From an uncultured Gammaproteobacteria bacterium (lineage in GTDB: Bacteria > Actinomycetota > Acidimicrobiia > Spongiisociales > SHLN01), in NCBI GenBank assembly GCA_964195005.1, contig CAXMOO010000078.1:1-43364 (forward strand): DNA of 43,364 bases, given 5' to 3'. A model generated the notes under the pieces. It worked only from the letters and a program-made list of their open reading frames with translations, was not told the DNA's origin and ran no database searches. A program made the position numbers and the translations under genes. This document shows positions 1-8,253 of the stretch, piece after piece; position 1 is the first letter of the stretch; the number at the start of each line of letters is the position of its first letter.

Positions 1-1341
1 GCGCCCTGCCTGCATCGCGAACACACGGTCGACGCCGTCAAATCCGGCAGCCAACTCTTCAATCCGCTCCAGCCGCCGCACGTACGACTCGAGCGTCTCG
101 CGCCGGGCACCGGGCCGGGAGGCGGATACCGCGTCGGCTGCCTGGGTGAGTGTCGCCAGCAGCGTCCGCGGCTCGACCTCGTTGTGGTGGGCCTCAATGG
201 CATGCACGATGGCCGGGTCCTCGCCGAAGCGTCGCGCTATCTCTGCCCCGATGAGGGCGTGAGATCCATCAACCTCGTGGCTAACGGCCTTGCCAACGTC
301 GTGCAGCAAAGCCGCTCGCTTAGCTTCGGTGGCGTCGACCCCGAGCTCGGCCGCCAGCATCCCCGCCAGATGGGCAGCCTCAACTGAATGGCCCAGGACG
401 TTCTGTCCGTAGGAAGTCCGGTACTTGAGGCGTCCCAGCAGCGTCACCAGCTCGACATGCAATCGGGCCACGCCCACCTCGAGCAGCGCCCATTCACCGG
501 CGTCGCGGATGCTCTGCTCCACCTCAGATTGCGCCTTGGCGTGTGCCTCCTCGATGGAGCCTGGATGGATGCGCCCGTCCACCACCAGGTTCTGCAGGGC
601 GATCCTGGCGGTCTCTCGCCGAATGGGGTCGAAGGTCGACAGGGTCACCGACTCCGGAGTGTCGTCAACAATCAGGTCGACTCCCGTGATCGCCTCGAAG
701 GACTTGATGTTCCGGCCGTCCCGGCCGATTATCCGGCCCTTCATGTCATCGGAGGCCAGATGAACCACCGACACGGTTGAATCCGAAGTCACTTCAGCCG
801 CCATCCGTTGAATCGCCGAAATGAGAATGCGTCGGGCCCGTCGATCTGATTCCTCGCGCGCCTTCAGCTCGAGCTCTCGCACCAGGACCATTGCATCGCG
901 CCGGGCCTCATCCTCCACTTTGGCGAGCAAGACCTCCTTGGCGGCCTGGCTGTCGTAGTCCGCCACTTGCTCGAGTTCCCGGCGGGCTTGCCCGAGCAAC
1001 TCGCTGGTTTGCTCCTTCAGATCCGCTACCTCAACCTCGCGAGCCTGGACGTTCTGGTCACGCTGGACGAGGTTGGCCTCTCGCTGCTCCAGAGTTTCCT
1101 CCCGGCGGGCGATGCGCTCCTCGGCGGCTGCCACTTCAACCCTCCTGGATTCCAGGCTGTGATCCTCAGCCCCTCGATACGACGTCGCCTTCTCGATCGC
1201 CCGAACTTCCGCCTCGTGCAGCGTCCTCTCTGCCTTGGACAACAGCGAGTCGCTACGGTGGCCCCCGGTGCGCAGTAACGCCATCGCCAGCCCGACGCCT
1301 ACTCCGATCACCAGGGCAATGGTGGCTACGAGCCATTCCAT
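1..1341 (-). CDS. rny: Ribonuclease Y (TM anchor, coiled coil, KH and HD domains); C-terminal end runs off the window
   Basis: My own minus-strand translation from CAT at 1339-1341: MEWLVATIALVIGVGVGLAMA, then a long E/R/A-rich coiled coil. KH motif DDMKGRIIGRDGRNIKSFEAITGVDLIVDD; HD motifs LLHDVGKA and HHNE. Open in frame to position 1 (447 codons). Absent from the ORF track because no stop lies in the window. Confidence 0.9.
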   Translation of the reverse strand, partial: MEWLVATIALVIGVGVGLAMALLRTGGHRSDSLLSKAERTLHEAEVRAIEKATSYRGAEDHSLESRRVEVAAAEERIARREETLEQREANLVQRDQNVQAREVEVADLKEQTSELLGQARRELEQVADYDSQAAKEVLLAKVEDEARRDAMVLVRELELKAREESDRRARRILISAIQRMAAEVTSDSTVSVVHLASDDMKGRIIGRDGRNIKSFEAITGVDLIVDDTPESVTLSTFDPIRRETARIALQNLVVDGRIHPGSIEEAHAKAQSEVEQSIRDAGEWALLEVGVARLHVELVTLLGRLKYRTSYGQNVLGHSVEAAHLAGMLAAELGVDATEAKRAALLHDVGKAVSHEVDGSHALIGAEIARRFGEDPAIVHAIEAHHNEVEPRTLLATLTQAADAVSASRPGARRETLESYVRRLERIEELAAGFDGVDRVFAMQAGR

Positions 1342-1374
1342 GCTGTCTCCGTTTCCGGAGAGCCAAACGCGCGC

Positions 1375-1396
1375 GTGCCGAGCTAACGCTCGGCAC
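1375..1396 (-). terminator. Perfect 9-bp stem / 4-nt loop hairpin between recA and rny (likely recA terminator or rny leader structure)
   Basis: gtgccgagc-taac-gctcggcac read directly. About 157 nt downstream of the recA stop and about 34 nt upstream of the rny start. No clean U-tract follows (gcgcgcguuugg). Confidence 0.45.
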
Positions 1397-1552
1397 ACAT
1401 AACGCGATAAGCACGCTCGGGTTGGTAACGCTACGTCAGCGTTTAGGCCCCGGCGTGCTCGTATTCATTTGCAGTTGACTCTCTTAGTTTTCGCGAGTTT
1501 TAGTGTGCTCTTCGAATCTTACCCCACGTGTCAAGTGACGGGGACGGGCCAT

Positions 1553-2623
1553 CTAATCCTCGACGAGCTCGACTTCTCCGGTCTCGGCCTCGTCTGTAGC
1601 CCCGGCGTCGGTATTGCCTTCTTCAGCGCTCTCCTCCCCGCTACCCAACCCGACCGCGTCGAGGACACGGGCCTCGAGCTGTATTGCCACCTCCGGGTTC
1701 TCGCGAAGGAACAGCTTGGCCTTCTCACGACCCTGACCAAGCTGATCGCCATCGAACGTGTACCAGGCACCGCTCTTACGAACGATGTCATGCTCAACTG
1801 CCACGTCGACGAGACTGCCCTCTCGCGAGATCCCCTCACCGAACATGATGTCGAACTCGGCGATCTTGAAAGGAGGCGCCACTTTGTTCTTGGCGATCTT
1901 GGCCTTGACCCGATTTCCGCTGAAATCGGTGCCGTCCTTGATCGATTCGATGCGCCGGATGTCGATGCGGACCGACGAATAGAACTTGAGGGCTCGACCG
2001 CCGGGCGTCGGTTCGGGACTTCCAAACATCACACCGATCTTCTCCCGCAACTGGTTGATGAAGATGGCCGTGGTGTCGGAGCGGTTGATGGTGCCGGCCA
2101 GCTTGCGCAGCGCCTGCGACATGAGACGGGCTTGCAGCCCAACGTGGCTCTGACCCATCTCCCCTTCGAGCTCGACACGGGGAACGAGAGCGGCCACCGA
2201 GTCGATGACCACGACATCGAGGGCACCCGAGCGGATCAGCATGTCGGTGATTTCGAGCGCCTGTTCGCCGGTGTCCGGCTGAGAGATTTTTTTAATGATA
2301 CGGCGACCACCGAGAGCTTTGGCGTATATCGGATCCAGTGCATGCTCTGCGTCTATAAACGCGGCGATTCCCCCGTTACGTTGTGCCTCGGCCACCACAT
2401 GGAGCGCCAATGTCGTTTTTCCGCTCGCTTCCGGTCCGAATATCTCGACAATGCGACCCCGGGGCACTCCCCCGATTCCCAGTGCCAGGTCGAGGGACAG
2501 CGCGCCGGTGGAAATGGCGGCGACATTACGCACGTGGCTTTCACCCAGTTTCATGATGGCGCCGGTCCCGAATTGCTTCTCAATCTGGGACAATGCCATG
2601 TCGAGGGCTCCGTCTCGCTCCAC
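1553..2623 (-). CDS. recA: Recombinase RecA
   Basis: [10 protein letters not shown], Walker [48 protein letters not shown], long acidic C-terminal tail. I place the start at GTG 2623 ([13 protein letters not shown]) because AAGGAAGG lies 7 nt upstream. The ORF-track start at 2755 would add 44 non-RecA residues. Confidence 0.95.
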   Translation of the reverse strand: MERDGALDMALSQIEKQFGTGAIMKLGESHVRNVAAISTGALSLDLALGIGGVPRGRIVEIFGPEASGKTTLALHVVAEAQRNGGIAAFIDAEHALDPIYAKALGGRRIIKKISQPDTGEQALEITDMLIRSGALDVVVIDSVAALVPRVELEGEMGQSHVGLQARLMSQALRKLAGTINRSDTTAIFINQLREKIGVMFGSPEPTPGGRALKFYSSVRIDIRRIESIKDGTDFSGNRVKAKIAKNKVAPPFKIAEFDIMFGEGISREGSLVDVAVEHDIVRKSGAWYTFDGDQLGQGREKAKLFLRENPEVAIQLEARVLDAVGLGSGEESAEEGNTDAGATDEAETGEVELVED

Positions 2624-2652
2624 TTTCAACCCTTCCTTTGTTGACTCATCGC

Positions 2653-2675
2653 AATGTACCTGTCGCCTGTGACAA
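2653..2675 (-). promoter_or_regulatory. RecA-NDp-like (PafBC-type) promoter candidate for recA
   Basis: Minus strand reads TTGTCACAG-N8-TACATT. The published actinobacterial RecA-NDp consensus is tTGTCRgtg-N8-TAnnnT. The -10-like hexamer ends about 30 nt upstream of the GTG start. Confidence 0.4.
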
Positions 2676-2734
2676 ACTACACGGGGCGAACTACAGAGCT
2701 GTAAGTCTATCTTTCTGGACGCAGTCACGCTACC

Positions 2735-2748
2735 CGAACGTGTGTTCG
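2735..2748. promoter_or_regulatory. LexA / SOS box (CGAAC-N4-GTTCG palindrome) upstream of recA
   Basis: cCGAACgtgtGTTCGa read directly. Matches the actinobacterial/Gram-positive LexA operator TCGAAC-N4-GTTCGA. Lies about 112 nt upstream of the recA start, between recA and the 3' end of the MFS gene. Confidence 0.7.
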
Positions 2749-2794
2749 ATAGCAATCACCTCTCCACGGCGGGGGAAACGGGTGGGTATGGGAC

Positions 2795-4360
2795 TCAGGT
2801 CACTTCGGAAGTCGGCTCGGTTTCGTGGCGGACGGTCCCAGTCCCCACCGCATCCCGATCGGGGTGGAAGTACCACACGATGCCGGCAGCGGCCACGAGA
2901 ACACCGGCCGCCACCCACATCGACACCTGCATACCTTCTGTGAACGCTTGCGCGGCCGCGTCGACCAACGCCCGGCCGACCTCGCCGCCCAGCTGTCCTG
3001 CCACCTGGATCGCCGCGCCGATGGAGTCTTCTGCTGCCGCCGCCGCTTGGGCGGGAAGGCCGTCGGTGACGTTGCCGAGCCCGTTTCTATATCCCACCGA
3101 CAGCAGCGAGCCGAGCAGAGCAATACCCACCGCGCCCCCCACCTCGCGAGTGGTGTCGTTGACGGCCGAGCCGACGCCGGCCTTGGCGCGCGGCAGCGAC
3201 GACACGATCGCCTCGGTGGAGGGAGGCATCAAGAAGGCCAGGCCGGACGCGATGAGGATGATGGCAATGACCACCAACCCGTAGTGAGTGCCAGGGCTCA
3301 CCAGGCCCAATCCTGTCATTCCGAGCGCGGAAACCAGCAGCCCGGCGGTGACGGTCCTGCGCGCTCCGACCTTGGCGGCTACTGCGGCACTGCGTGGCGC
3401 CACCACCACCATGGTGGCTGCGAACGGAAGCGTCCTGACGCCAGCTGCCAACGGCGAGTGGCCCTGGGCAAACTGGAAGTACTGCGTGATGATGAAGAAC
3501 ATTCCGAACATCGCCAGGAAAGAGAGGGTGATGGCCACGCTCCCGAGGGCGAAGAAGCGGTTTCGGAAGTAGCGAGGATCCAGCATCGGCGCGTCGACCC
3601 GGAGCTCCCAGCGGATGAAGCCAACCAGCAGCACGGTCGCGGCTGCAAACGAGCCCAGCACGAGCCCATTCGTCCAGCCTCGCTCCGGACCCTCGATGAT
3701 GGCGAACAGCATCGCGGTGAGCCCGGCCATGGATAGAAGCGCCCCCACCGGATCAAACGCCCGCCGGTTCTCGTCGCGAGAAGTGGGAACTATGGCGACG
3801 ACCGCCACGAGGGCAACCACAGCGATTGGAATATTGATGAAGAAAACCGAGCCCCACCAAAACGCTTCTAGCAGAAGGCCCCCACCCAATACTCCGATGG
3901 CGCCTCCGGCTCCGGCGAAGCCGGCCCAGATGGCGATCGCCTTGGCGCGCTCGTGCGGCGGGAACACCACGGTGATGATTGACAGCGTGGCCGGCATGAT
4001 CAGGGCGGCCCCCACCCCCATGGCGGATCGCGAGGCGATTAACTGCATGGCAGACCCGGAAGATGATGCAGCCAGGGCGCCGCCCATGAAGATGAGAAAG
4101 CCGGCGACGAGCGCCTCTTTCCGGCCGAATCTATCGCCGAGCGCCCCCGCCGGGAGCAACAAACCGGCAAAAACGAGGGCATAGGAATCGAAGATCCACA
4201 AGAGCTCGGTGTTCGTGGCGTCGAGCGCGTCTCGAATCGAGGGGATGGCAAGGTTGAGTGAGCTGACGCCCGCCACCACCAGGATGAGGCTCACACACAT
4301 GACCCCCAACACCCACCAACGGCGGGGGTGACCCGTCTCGACCATGGTTGCTTCTTCCAA
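2795..4360 (-). CDS. MFS transporter, DHA2 (EmrB/QacA-like, ~14 TMS) drug:H+ antiporter family
   Basis: 521 aa and hydrophobic throughout. N-terminal MFS signature LLPAGALGDRFGRKEALVAGFLIF; length and TM count fit DHA2. Confidence 0.85.
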   Translation of the reverse strand: MEEATMVETGHPRRWWVLGVMCVSLILVVAGVSSLNLAIPSIRDALDATNTELLWIFDSYALVFAGLLLPAGALGDRFGRKEALVAGFLIFMGGALAASSSGSAMQLIASRSAMGVGAALIMPATLSIITVVFPPHERAKAIAIWAGFAGAGGAIGVLGGGLLLEAFWWGSVFFINIPIAVVALVAVVAIVPTSRDENRRAFDPVGALLSMAGLTAMLFAIIEGPERGWTNGLVLGSFAAATVLLVGFIRWELRVDAPMLDPRYFRNRFFALGSVAITLSFLAMFGMFFIITQYFQFAQGHSPLAAGVRTLPFAATMVVVAPRSAAVAAKVGARRTVTAGLLVSALGMTGLGLVSPGTHYGLVVIAIILIASGLAFLMPPSTEAIVSSLPRAKAGVGSAVNDTTREVGGAVGIALLGSLLSVGYRNGLGNVTDGLPAQAAAAAEDSIGAAIQVAGQLGGEVGRALVDAAAQAFTEGMQVSMWVAAGVLVAAAGIVWYFHPDRDAVGTGTVRHETEPTSEVT

Positions 4361-4489
4361 GGGCCCAACCCTTTGTCAGTGATTCCTAGTGGCTGTGGAT
4401 GGAACACTAAGGCGTGTCTCGACCATCGAGTGCATGGCGATTTGGGCGAGAAGGGCGTACGCGAGCACACGCTTTTTCCGATGGACCGC

Positions 4490-4659
4490 CTAGTGTCCTG
4501 CGTCGTAAGTTTGTGCTGATATCGCCGAGGACTCGGCGTTCACGGCAAGGACGCAGGACGAAGGCATGGCGGGGCTACGTCGAGAACGAGGACGCAGCCA
4601 GGGGCGTCGAGGCCCGGCGAGATTCTGTGCAGGACTTGTGACGCGGGACACTAGTGTCC
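4490..4659 (+). repeat. R2 intergenic element, copy 1 (CTAGTG...CACTAG termini, AGGACG-rich core)
   Basis: Core 4547-4565 is 19/19 identical to 21063-21081. After a 12-nt variable spacer, 4578-4608 matches 21094-21124 at 28/31. Arms 4490-4504 and 4640-4654 are complementary at 15 positions (one G-T). Confidence 0.6.
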
Positions 4660-4664
4660 GCCCG

Positions 4665-5222
4665 ATGCGCCTCGGCATCGATCTCGACGGCGTAGTTGCC
4701 GACTTCAACAAAGGCTGGATCGACCGCTATAACGCAGAGTTCGGCTCGGAGCTCAAACCAGAATCAGTGACGATGTGGGACGGCATGGAGCAGCTCACCC
4801 ACTTCCCCGACATACCCGCCTTCTGGAAGTGGGCCGAGGATTTCGGGAACGGCAGCCTTTTCCGCCACCTGGAGACCTATCCGGCGGCGGTTCCTGCCCT
4901 GGAGCGCTTAACTGCTCAGCACGAAATCGTCATCATCACCACCAAACCGGATTGGGCGGTGTCCGACACCCTGGCCTGGATCGCCGATCACGAGCTCCCA
5001 ACGCGGGAAGTCCACGTCGTGGAATGGTCGACGCCCAAGTGGAGCGTTCTGTGCGACGTCTACCTCGACGACGCCCCGCGCAATATCGAGGGCATCACCG
5101 TGAATCGACCCGACAAGGTCATGTGCCGATTCGTACGTCCGTGGAACGAGCCGGTAGCGGGGGCGAGGGATGTGCACGATTGGGCCGAGTTCGAAGCGCT
5201 GGTTGCCGAGATCGGTAGCTGA
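4665..5222 (+). CDS. HAD-superfamily 5'(3')-deoxyribonucleotidase-like nucleotidase
   Basis: MRLGIDLDGVVADF (DxDxV nucleophile motif) and distal YLDDAP. Size and pattern fit the NT5C-type family. Start moved to the internal ATG at 4665, because the upstream part of the ORF lies in the R2 repeat. Confidence 0.7.
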   Translation: MRLGIDLDGVVADFNKGWIDRYNAEFGSELKPESVTMWDGMEQLTHFPDIPAFWKWAEDFGNGSLFRHLETYPAAVPALERLTAQHEIVIITTKPDWAVSDTLAWIADHELPTREVHVVEWSTPKWSVLCDVYLDDAPRNIEGITVNRPDKVMCRFVRPWNEPVAGARDVHDWAEFEALVAEIGS

Positions 5223-5236
5223 GGCTCGACGCGGGC

Positions 5237-7129
5237 TCAGCAGGTGGAATGCCCGCAGCTGTGGCACTTGCCACATGCTTCGGCGAACTCAAATGATGGC
5301 TGACCGCACACCGGACACACCTCCAGCAAGCTCTGGCCACGTGCGGGCGGAATGACCGGTAGGTCCTCCACTGCTTCCGGTGCCGAGCCTTCGATAGTGC
5401 CTATGTCGGTGCCGGTGGGCCGGCCCCGGTTCAGCACCTGCCACTGTTTGGACCCGTCGCGGTAAACCGTGATGCCCTTGCAACCCAACTCGTATGCGAG
5501 GCGATAGACCGTAGCCACATCATCCACGGTGGCCTCCTTGTGAAGATTGATCGTCTTCGACACCGCGTTGTCGACGTGGCCCTGGAAAGCTGCCTGGTGA
5601 CGTACGTGCCATTCCGAGTCGATCTCGTGCGCCGTCACGAACAGCCGCCGAACGTCCTCGGGGACGTCTTCAAGCCCCTCGACACTCCCCTGCTCCAGCA
5701 ATTGTTCCGCCAGCCCTTCACTCCAGAAGCCGTTCTCGCGAGCGAGTGATTCGAACTGGGGATCGAACTCGGCCAGAACGGTCCCCTCCATGACCCGCCG
5801 GTGGTATGCGAGGGCAAACAGAGGCTCAATGCCGGAGGAACACCCGGCAATAATGCTGATGGTCCCGGTGGGGGCGATCGTCGTCCGGGTGGCGTTACGC
5901 ATGGGACGGTTCTCCCCCCGGGGTCCGTAGATCGATGCCTCCCAATTGGAAAACGAGCCCCGCTCCCCTGCCAGCTCCTCCGAGGCAGCGTCGGCGGCCT
6001 CCTGGATGAACGCCATCACGTCAGTTCCCAATGTCACTGCCCCGACCGAGTCGTATGGAGTGCCGACTGCGACCAACAAGTCAGCCCAGCCCATTACACC
6101 AAGGCCAACCTTGCGATTGCCACGCTTGTGGATTTCCTCTATCTCAGGAACCGGATAATGCGAGCGCTCCACGGCGTTGTCGAGAAACCGGACCCCAAGC
6201 CGCACCGCCTCGCCAAGGGGCTCCCAATCGATATTGCCGTCATCGACGAATCGGCTCAGGTTCACCGAGCCGAGGACGCAGGCCTCGAACGGAAGCAGCG
6301 GCTGCTCTCCACACGGATTGGTCGATTCGATTACTCCGAGTTGCGGTGTGGGGTTCGTCCGTGGCTCGTTGATGCGGTCGAGGAACACGATTCCCGGGTC
6401 ACCGGAGCTCCAGGCCGCCTCGCATAGCCTGGCAAACACCTCGGCGGCCGAGGCCGTTCCTTCTGACTCACCGCTGCGGGGATTGACGATCTCGTAGTCC
6501 TCGCCCGCCAGCGCCTGCGCCATCCAATCCTCGGTGACCCCGACCGAAATGTTGAAATTGGAAATGGCGCCGTCGAGCTTGCAGCCGATGAACTCGTCGA
6601 TGTCAGGATGGTCGACGGCCAGAATCCCCATGTTGGCGCCGCGTCGGAACGAGCCCTGTTTGATGCGCTCGGTGGCAGCGTCATAGATCTCGAGGAAAGA
6701 AACCGGGCCGGAGGCCACCCCCCTCGTTGTGGAAACGAGATCCCCCCGGGGACGAAGCTTGGAGAACGAGAACCCGGTCCCGCCACCGGATTGGTGGATC
6801 TTGGCCGTTAGTTTGAGGGTGTCGAAGATCGAATCCAATGAATCTTCCACAGGGAGAACGAAACAGGCTGCCAGCTGTTGCAACTCCCGACCAGCGTTCA
6901 TCAACGTCGGCGAATTGGGCAGAAACGCCATCGATGCCATGAGGTCGTAGAAGCGCGGAGCCCAGGCCGAGGGATCGCCGCCCCACTCCGCCTCGGCTGA
7001 GGCAATGTCGGTGGCGACCCGCTGGAACATCGCCTCCGGTTCCTCAGTCGGCGTCCCGGTCTCGTCGCGCAAGAGATAGCGGCGCTCCAGCACTTGGCGG
7101 GCATTGGGTGTCAGCGCTAGGTCGATCAC
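5237..7129 (-). CDS. nrdJ: Adenosylcobalamin-dependent (class II) ribonucleotide reductase
   Basis: RRYLLRDETG, LPNSPTLMNAG, ACFVLPVEDSLDSIF, SGGGTGFSFSKLRP, NPCGEQPL, TIAPTGTISI. C-terminal CxxC...CxxC tail (CPVCGQ...CGKCHSCGHSTC). GTG start. Confidence 0.9.
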   Translation of the reverse strand: MIDLALTPNARQVLERRYLLRDETGTPTEEPEAMFQRVATDIASAEAEWGGDPSAWAPRFYDLMASMAFLPNSPTLMNAGRELQQLAACFVLPVEDSLDSIFDTLKLTAKIHQSGGGTGFSFSKLRPRGDLVSTTRGVASGPVSFLEIYDAATERIKQGSFRRGANMGILAVDHPDIDEFIGCKLDGAISNFNISVGVTEDWMAQALAGEDYEIVNPRSGESEGTASAAEVFARLCEAAWSSGDPGIVFLDRINEPRTNPTPQLGVIESTNPCGEQPLLPFEACVLGSVNLSRFVDDGNIDWEPLGEAVRLGVRFLDNAVERSHYPVPEIEEIHKRGNRKVGLGVMGWADLLVAVGTPYDSVGAVTLGTDVMAFIQEAADAASEELAGERGSFSNWEASIYGPRGENRPMRNATRTTIAPTGTISIIAGCSSGIEPLFALAYHRRVMEGTVLAEFDPQFESLARENGFWSEGLAEQLLEQGSVEGLEDVPEDVRRLFVTAHEIDSEWHVRHQAAFQGHVDNAVSKTINLHKEATVDDVATVYRLAYELGCKGITVYRDGSKQWQVLNRGRPTGTDIGTIEGSAPEAVEDLPVIPPARGQSLLEVCPVCGQPSFEFAEACGKCHSCGHSTC

Positions 7130-7227
7130 GTCTTCTCGTCCGGTGAGATCTCTGCCATCCTACGGAGCGGGCAAAGACTCGAGGACCGGGAGCCATCATC
7201 GAAGACCCACTGCTGAAGCGAGATCGG

Positions 7228-8196
7228 ATGGCCCGCGAGGCCGATGAGGACCTCCTCGCCCCCATCGCTACCCGCTCCACACAGTCGAAGGGCCGGGAGA
7301 CCCCCGAGGACCCTGATCCGTACCGGACGTCCTTTGAGCGCGACCGGGATCGCATTCTCCATTCGAAGGCCTTCCGCCGCCTCAAGCACAAAACCCAGGT
7401 CTTCATCAACCCCGAGGACGATCACTACGTCACCCGCCTCACCCACACACTCCAGGTCACACAGATCGGCCGGGCCCTGGCTCAGGTGTTGGGCCTGAAC
7501 GAAGCGCTCACGGAAGCCATCTGTCTTGGTCACGACGTGGGTCACGCGCCATTCGGCCACATCGGGGAGGAAGCCCTCGCCGATTATGTCGGCGCCGAAT
7601 GGCTCCACTCCGCCCAGGCGCTGCGCATTTTCCGGGTCCTCGAGCCTCTCAACCTCACTTGGGAGGTGCTTGACGGCGTGCGGGCGCACTCATGGAAGAT
7701 CGAGCCTCCGCCTGCCACGCCTGAGGGGTCGCTGTGCCGTTTCGCCGACCGCATCGCCTACCTCACCCACGACGTCACGGATGCCACCCGGGCGGGGATA
7801 ATCGAACCGGCCGACCTGCCACGACGATCCCGGGAGCTTTTTGGGGAGCCGGGCAGCCCATGGGTGTCGGCAATGATCGAAGCCGTAATCGAGGAATCGC
7901 ACAACAGCGGCGAAGTGGCCATGGCCCCGGCAACCCTCGACATTATGCACGAGGTGCGCGACTTCATGTTCGACCGGGTTTATCTCCGGCCTGAGTCCGA
8001 AGCCCGCCGCCGCCAGGTCTTCACCGTGATCCACGAACTGGTCGACCACTTCCTCGACAACCCGCGGGAGATCCCCGATTCCTTCCGCCAGGCCGAAGCC
8101 GACGTCCTCCAACAGGTGATTGACTACGTGGCGGGCATGACCGATCGCTACGCGTTGCGCCTCCATGATGATCTGTTCCGCCCTGACCGCGACTAG
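7228..8196 (+). CDS. dGTP triphosphohydrolase-like HD-domain protein (short Dgt family)
   Basis: RTSFERDRDRILHSKAFRRLKHKTQVF, TRLTHTLQVTQIGRAL, LGHDVGHAPFGH, C-terminal DYVAGMTDRYA. Confidence 0.85.
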   Translation: MAREADEDLLAPIATRSTQSKGRETPEDPDPYRTSFERDRDRILHSKAFRRLKHKTQVFINPEDDHYVTRLTHTLQVTQIGRALAQVLGLNEALTEAICLGHDVGHAPFGHIGEEALADYVGAEWLHSAQALRIFRVLEPLNLTWEVLDGVRAHSWKIEPPPATPEGSLCRFADRIAYLTHDVTDATRAGIIEPADLPRRSRELFGEPGSPWVSAMIEAVIEESHNSGEVAMAPATLDIMHEVRDFMFDRVYLRPESEARRRQVFTVIHELVDHFLDNPREIPDSFRQAEADVLQQVIDYVAGMTDRYALRLHDDLFRPDRD

Positions 8197-8211
8197 GCCG
8201 AACGCGACTGA

Positions 8212-8228
8212 GCCCGGGAATCCCGGGC
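8212..8228. terminator. Bidirectional hairpin between convergent dGTPase and PhoX-like genes
   Basis: gcccggg-aat-cccgggc, 7-bp GC stem, lying between stop codons at 8196 (+) and 8254 (-). Confidence 0.5.
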
Positions 8229-8253
8229 CCAGTCGTCTTGTATGCCTATTTGG

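Noticed and set aside
1469-2644. 391-aa plus-strand ORF
   Set aside because: It lies entirely antisense to a canonical recA and has no recognisable motifs. This is a typical long shadow ORF of GC-rich DNA.
2624-2755. Upstream extension of recA to the ORF-track start at 2755
   Set aside because: It would add 44 residues unlike any RecA N-terminus, and it would cover the LexA box and promoter-like motifs. GTG 2623 has a good RBS.
7130-7227. Cobalamin riboswitch or NrdR box upstream of nrdJ
   Set aside because: 98 nt is too short for a cobalamin riboswitch. I could not see an NrdR-type palindrome on either strand.
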